DNA of 32,000 nucleotides from Pseudomonas aeruginosa (GTDB lineage Bacteria; Pseudomonadota; Gammaproteobacteria; Pseudomonadales; Pseudomonadaceae): NCBI RefSeq assembly GCF_001457615.1, contig NZ_LN831024.1, positions 3,630,001 to 3,662,000 of the forward strand, read 5' to 3'. Shown piece by piece: positions 28,434 to 32,000 of this stretch (position 1 is its first letter; each line of letters starts with the position of its first letter). The notes under the pieces were generated by a model. It saw only the letters and a program-made list of their open reading frames with translations, ran no database searches and was not told where the DNA came from. The position numbers and the translations under genes were made by a program.

Positions 28434-28847
28434 TCGTTTTCGCAGGCTTCGCTGCGTCACCACCCGCCCGGCCTCCAGCTCGAACCAGCCGTCGGCGGGC
28501 TCGGCGGCGCCGGTCCAGCGGCGATAGAAGCGCGCCATGCGCTCGCCAGGCAGTGGGCTGCCGGCCAGCGCCAGGACCTTGCCGTAGAGACGCTGGCGCG
28601 GCCCCAGCGTATCGAGCGTGGCCTCCGCCAGCAGGTACAGCGCGGCGAATGGATTGGCCAATCCGCTGCGCGCCTGCCGCCGACGCAACATCACGATCCA
28701 GACCCGCTCGCCGTCGCAGCGCCAGGCCAGTTCGCAGCCATGGGCCAGGACCTGCCAGCCGAGCGCGATCGAGGTGTCGCGCAGGCAATGCGGACGCACC
28801 GCCAGGCCGCGGGCGAGAAACCAGGGAATCAGCGGATCGGCGCTCAC
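28413..28847 (-). CDS. pcrR: PcrR, LcrR-like T3SS protein, 144 aa (GTG start)
   Basis: (V)[50 protein letters not shown]...; start overlaps the pcrD stop. Confidence 0.93.
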
Positions 28848-30964
28848 AACACGATCCTGCCAAGCGGCTGGATGTTGATCTGCTGGGTCAGCTCCTGGTA
28901 GGACAGCACCGGCAGCCCGGCATAGTCGCTCTCCACCAGCTTGCGCACGTAGCGGCGGATATCCATGGAAACGATCAGCACCGGCCGGTTCTGCATCTGC
29001 GCGAGATCGCCGACGGTCTGCCGCACGCGCTCGAGGAAGGCCTGGGTTATCGCCGGGTCGAGGGCCAGGTAGCTGCCGGCGCTGGTCTGGCGGATGCCAC
29101 CGCGGATCTGTTCCTCCACCGCCTGGTCCAGCAGATAGGCGGGAAGGATATTGTTGCCGCTGGAGTACTTGTAGCAGATGTAGCGCTTGAGGCTGCTGCG
29201 GATGTACTCGGTGAGCTGCACCACGTCCTTCTCCTTCTGCCCCCACTCCACCATCGCCTCGAGGATCGCCCGCATGTTGCGGATCGAGATGTCCTCGCCG
29301 ACCAGGCGCTGGAGAATCTCGGTCATCCGCTGCAGGGGAACGATCCGCTGCGCCTCCTTCACCAGCTCGCCGTAACCCTGCTCCATCTGCTCCAGCAGGT
29401 AGCGCGTCTCCTGGATGCCGATGAAATCCTCGGCGTACTCCCGCAGCACATGGGACAGGTGCCAGGTGAGCACCTGCTCCAGGCCCAGGCAGGCACAGCC
29501 GGAACGCTCCAGGCGATCCTGATGCGCCTGCTCCACCCAGCTCGCCTCTTCTCCCGGCACCTGCAGCTCTGCCGGCTCGTGGGGGACCGCGAGCAGTTCC
29601 AGCTGCGCGGCGCGTTCGCGCACCAGCAACCAGCCCGGCCGCAGGCATCCGCGCGCGACCGGGACCTCCTGTAGCTGCACCAGGTATTCGCCATCGCCCA
29701 TCGCTTCATTGAAGCGCAAGTGGATACCCGGGAACGGCACGCCGAAATCCAGGTACAGCGCGCGTCGTACCCGCACCAGCTCCTCGTTCAGCGACATCGC
29801 CTCGAGACGTTCCTGGAGGCTGGCATCGACGTCGATCAGCAACGGCACGGTGAGGGCGAATTCTTCCTGCTCGGCGAGACGCCCGGCCTTCGGCTTGCCG
29901 CCGCCAGCCTTGCCACGCGCCTTGGCCGATGGCGCTCCGGCGCCCTGCGCGAGCAGCGCCGGCAGGTCGCGGGAACCGGCGCTGGCCTGGGCCCGCTGGC
30001 GCCAGAGCATGAAGTAGCCGCCGCCGCCGACCAGCAGCGCGAGAGCCAGGAAGGTCAGGGTCGGGAAACCGGGAATCAGGCCGAACAGCACCAGCAACAG
30101 GCCGCCGATCAGCAGCGCCTTGGGCTGCGCCACCACCTGTTCGCCGATGTCGCTGCCGAGGTCCGCCGATTCGTCGGAAGACACCCGGGTGACGATGATC
30201 CCGGCGGTGATGGCGATCAGCAACGCCGGCACCTGCGAGACCATGCCATCGCCGACGGTCAGCACCGCGTACAGTTGCAGCGCGTCGGCGGTGCTCAGGC
30301 CCTTCTGCGTGACGCCGATGGCGATGCCGCCGAGGATGTTGACGACGATGATGATCAGCCCGGCGATGGCGTCGCCCTTGACGAACTTCATCGCGCCGTC
30401 CATGGAGCCGAACATCTGGCTTTCCTTTTCGATCACCGCGCGCCGCGCCCGCGCCTCGTTGACATCGATCACGCCGGCACGCATGTCGCCGTCGATGCTC
30501 ATCTGCTTGCCTGGCATGGCATCCAGGGAAAAGCGCGCGCTGACCTCGGCGACCCGCTCGGCACCCTTGGTGATCACCAGGAACTGCACGATGGTGATGA
30601 TCAGGAAGATGATGATGCCCACCACCAGATTGCCGCCGACCACGAAGCTGCCGAAGGTGTTGACGATCTGCCCCGCGTCGGCCTGCAGCAGGATCATCCG
30701 CGTGGTGCTCACCGACAGCGCCAGGCGGAACAGCGTGGTGATCAGCAGCACCGCCGGGAACACCGAGAACTGCAACGGCGAGCCGATGTACACCGACATC
30801 ATCAGCAGGACCACGGAGATGGTGATGTTGACGGCGATGAGGATGTCCAGCAGCAGCGGTGGCAGCGGCAGCACCATCATGAACACCACCGCCAGCAGCA
30901 ACACCACCAGCAGGATGTCCTTGCGCTCGCCGACCCGGCCGAGAAGCCCGCTCAGGTCGTTCAT
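28844..30964 (-). CDS. pcrD: T3SS export gate protein PcrD (SctV/YscV), 706 aa
   Basis: [60 protein letters not shown]...; FHIPEP-family export gate. Confidence 0.98.
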   Translation of the reverse strand: MNDLSGLLGRVGERKDILLVVLLLAVVFMMVLPLPPLLLDILIAVNITISVVLLMMSVYIGSPLQFSVFPAVLLITTLFRLALSVSTTRMILLQADAGQIVNTFGSFVVGGNLVVGIIIFLIITIVQFLVITKGAERVAEVSARFSLDAMPGKQMSIDGDMRAGVIDVNEARARRAVIEKESQMFGSMDGAMKFVKGDAIAGLIIIVVNILGGIAIGVTQKGLSTADALQLYAVLTVGDGMVSQVPALLIAITAGIIVTRVSSDESADLGSDIGEQVVAQPKALLIGGLLLVLFGLIPGFPTLTFLALALLVGGGGYFMLWRQRAQASAGSRDLPALLAQGAGAPSAKARGKAGGGKPKAGRLAEQEEFALTVPLLIDVDASLQERLEAMSLNEELVRVRRALYLDFGVPFPGIHLRFNEAMGDGEYLVQLQEVPVARGCLRPGWLLVRERAAQLELLAVPHEPAELQVPGEEASWVEQAHQDRLERSGCACLGLEQVLTWHLSHVLREYAEDFIGIQETRYLLEQMEQGYGELVKEAQRIVPLQRMTEILQRLVGEDISIRNMRAILEAMVEWGQKEKDVVQLTEYIRSSLKRYICYKYSSGNNILPAYLLDQAVEEQIRGGIRQTSAGSYLALDPAITQAFLERVRQTVGDLAQMQNRPVLIVSMDIRRYVRKLVESDYAGLPVLSYQELTQQINIQPLGRIVL

Positions 30965-31290
30965 TCCCGCGCCTCCAGCTCCAGCGCCCGGGCGTGCGCG
31001 GCACGCGCCGCGTCGAGACGCCCGGCGAGCTGTTCGGCACGGCTCAGGCAACGCCACAGACCGGGCTCCTCCTCGCCATCCTCCTGCAACTGCCGGCACA
31101 GGCGCACGGCGGGCTCGCCGAGGCCTTGCTGGAGCAACGCCAGGAGCAAGGCGCGGCGCCCGTCGCGGCGCTCCGGCGCAACGCTCAGCAAGGCCTCCAG
31201 CAACACCTGGGCGCGTCGCGGCTGGCCGCATTGCAGGTGCAGCCAGCCCAGCATCAGCAACAGGCGCTGTTGCGTCGGTTTCAACGTCAT
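30961..31290 (-). CDS. pcr4: Pcr4, YscY-like chaperone, 109 aa
   Basis: [49 protein letters not shown]..., directly upstream of pcrD. Confidence 0.93.
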   Translation of the reverse strand: MTLKPTQQRLLLMLGWLHLQCGQPRRAQVLLEALLSVAPERRDGRRALLLALLQQGLGEPAVRLCRQLQEDGEEEPGLWRCLSRAEQLAGRLDAARAAHARALELEARE

Positions 31291-31294
31291 CGAT

Positions 31295-31660
31295 TCATAC
31301 CTTGTGCAACAGGTTCAGGGCCATTTGCAGCAGTCGCTCGTCTTCATCGCGCTCGCCGAGCAGGCAGGCCGCGGCCTGCAGGGCCGGCTGGCGGGGCAGC
31401 GTGAGGGCCAGACGGAGATCGCGCAGCGCCTGGCGGAAGTCGCCGGGGCGCAGCAGGCCGTGCAACTCCAGCTGGGGCCGGGCGTAGTCGAACAGGCGCT
31501 GTTGCGCCTGCTGCGCGGGATACAGGCTGGCGACGTGGGTCTCCACCGGCCGGCCGTCGGGCGCCAGCAGATGGCGCTCCGGCAGGGGCGGCGCGAACGG
31601 CTCGGCATGCGCCAGGTCGAGTCGTTCGATGCCGATGTGCCAGGCACCGACCCGGCTCAT
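31295..31660 (-). CDS. pcr3: Pcr3, YscX-like protein, 121 aa
   Basis: MSRVGAWHIGIERLDLAHAEPFAPPLPERHLLAPDGRPVETHVASLYP... Confidence 0.93.
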   Translation of the reverse strand: MSRVGAWHIGIERLDLAHAEPFAPPLPERHLLAPDGRPVETHVASLYPAQQAQQRLFDYARPQLELHGLLRPGDFRQALRDLRLALTLPRQPALQAAACLLGERDEDERLLQMALNLLHKV

Positions 31661-32000
31661 GCGGCGAGCACTTCGCTGCGCGCCGAGCGCAGCGCCTGCA
31701 AGGCCTGGTGCAGCGTCGGCATGCCGACCTGCCGGGCTTCCAGGGTGATGCACAGCAGCAGGCGCGATTCGCCGCTCCAGGCGCAACGCAGCGGCAGGCT
31801 CCCGGCCGCGCGCGCATGGCACAGGCGCAACGCCCGCAGGGTGCCGCGATAGGCCTGGTGCCAGGCCAGGTCACAGGCCAGCCAGAGCGACAACTGTTCG
31901 CCATGGCGTTCCAGCTGCAAGGTGCCGCTGTCCTCGAAATCCAGTTGCACCACGCGCGCCAGCGGCGCCGGTACGCTCACCCGCAGGTCCTGGCAGAACT
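31657..32000 (-). CDS. pcr2: Pcr2, SycN-like chaperone (N-terminus beyond window)
   Basis: ...FCQDLRVSVPAPLARVVQLDFEDSGTLQLERHGEQLSLWLACDLAWHQ...; frame stays open to 32000, and the FCQDL segment resembles SycN, so the GTG at 31980 is probably internal. Confidence 0.9.
   Translation of the reverse strand, partial: FCQDLRVSVPAPLARVVQLDFEDSGTLQLERHGEQLSLWLACDLAWHQAYRGTLRALRLCHARAAGSLPLRCAWSGESRLLLCITLEARQVGMPTLHQALQALRSARSEVLAA

Noticed and set aside
28413-29648. 411-aa extended ORF ending with pcrR
   Set aside because: Upstream part overlaps pcrD coding in another frame; pcrR starts at GTG 28847.
14130-32000. Novel secretion system
   Set aside because: Gene content and order match the well-described P. 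aeruginosa Psc/Pcr/Pop/Exs T3SS; all genes present appear intact, with no extra insertion or fusion.

Overview
The window matches Pseudomonas aeruginosa chromosome. Identities come from recognised protein sequences and gene order; no database search was run. Left part (1-9.3 kb): the start of a FadJ-like 3-hydroxyacyl-CoA dehydrogenase, an acetyl-CoA acyltransferase (thiolase), an AEC-type transporter, a c-type cytochrome-domain protein whose signal peptide and body are in different frames, a minus-strand cluster (circularly permuted ATP-grasp, alpha-E, transglutaminase-like, Anbu/proteasome-type peptidase), a class I glutamine amidotransferase-like protein and a small conserved protein. Middle (9.6-14.1 kb): mucR (MHYT-GGDEF-EAL) and bglX. 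Right part (14.2-32 kb): most of the Ysc/Psc-type III secretion locus on the minus strand, pscL to pscB, exsD, exsA, exsB, exsE, exsC, popD, popB, pcrH, pcrV, pcrG, pcrR, pcrD, pcr4, pcr3 and a truncated pcr2. The T3SS is well characterised, so I do not claim a new system there. The best items for a second look are the Anbu/ATP-grasp/alpha-E/transglutaminase cluster, the single-base frameshift near 3053, ExsA-type promoter elements embedded at the 3' ends of exsA and pcrR, a perfect 14-bp palindrome before mucR, and an inverted repeat between mucR and bglX.
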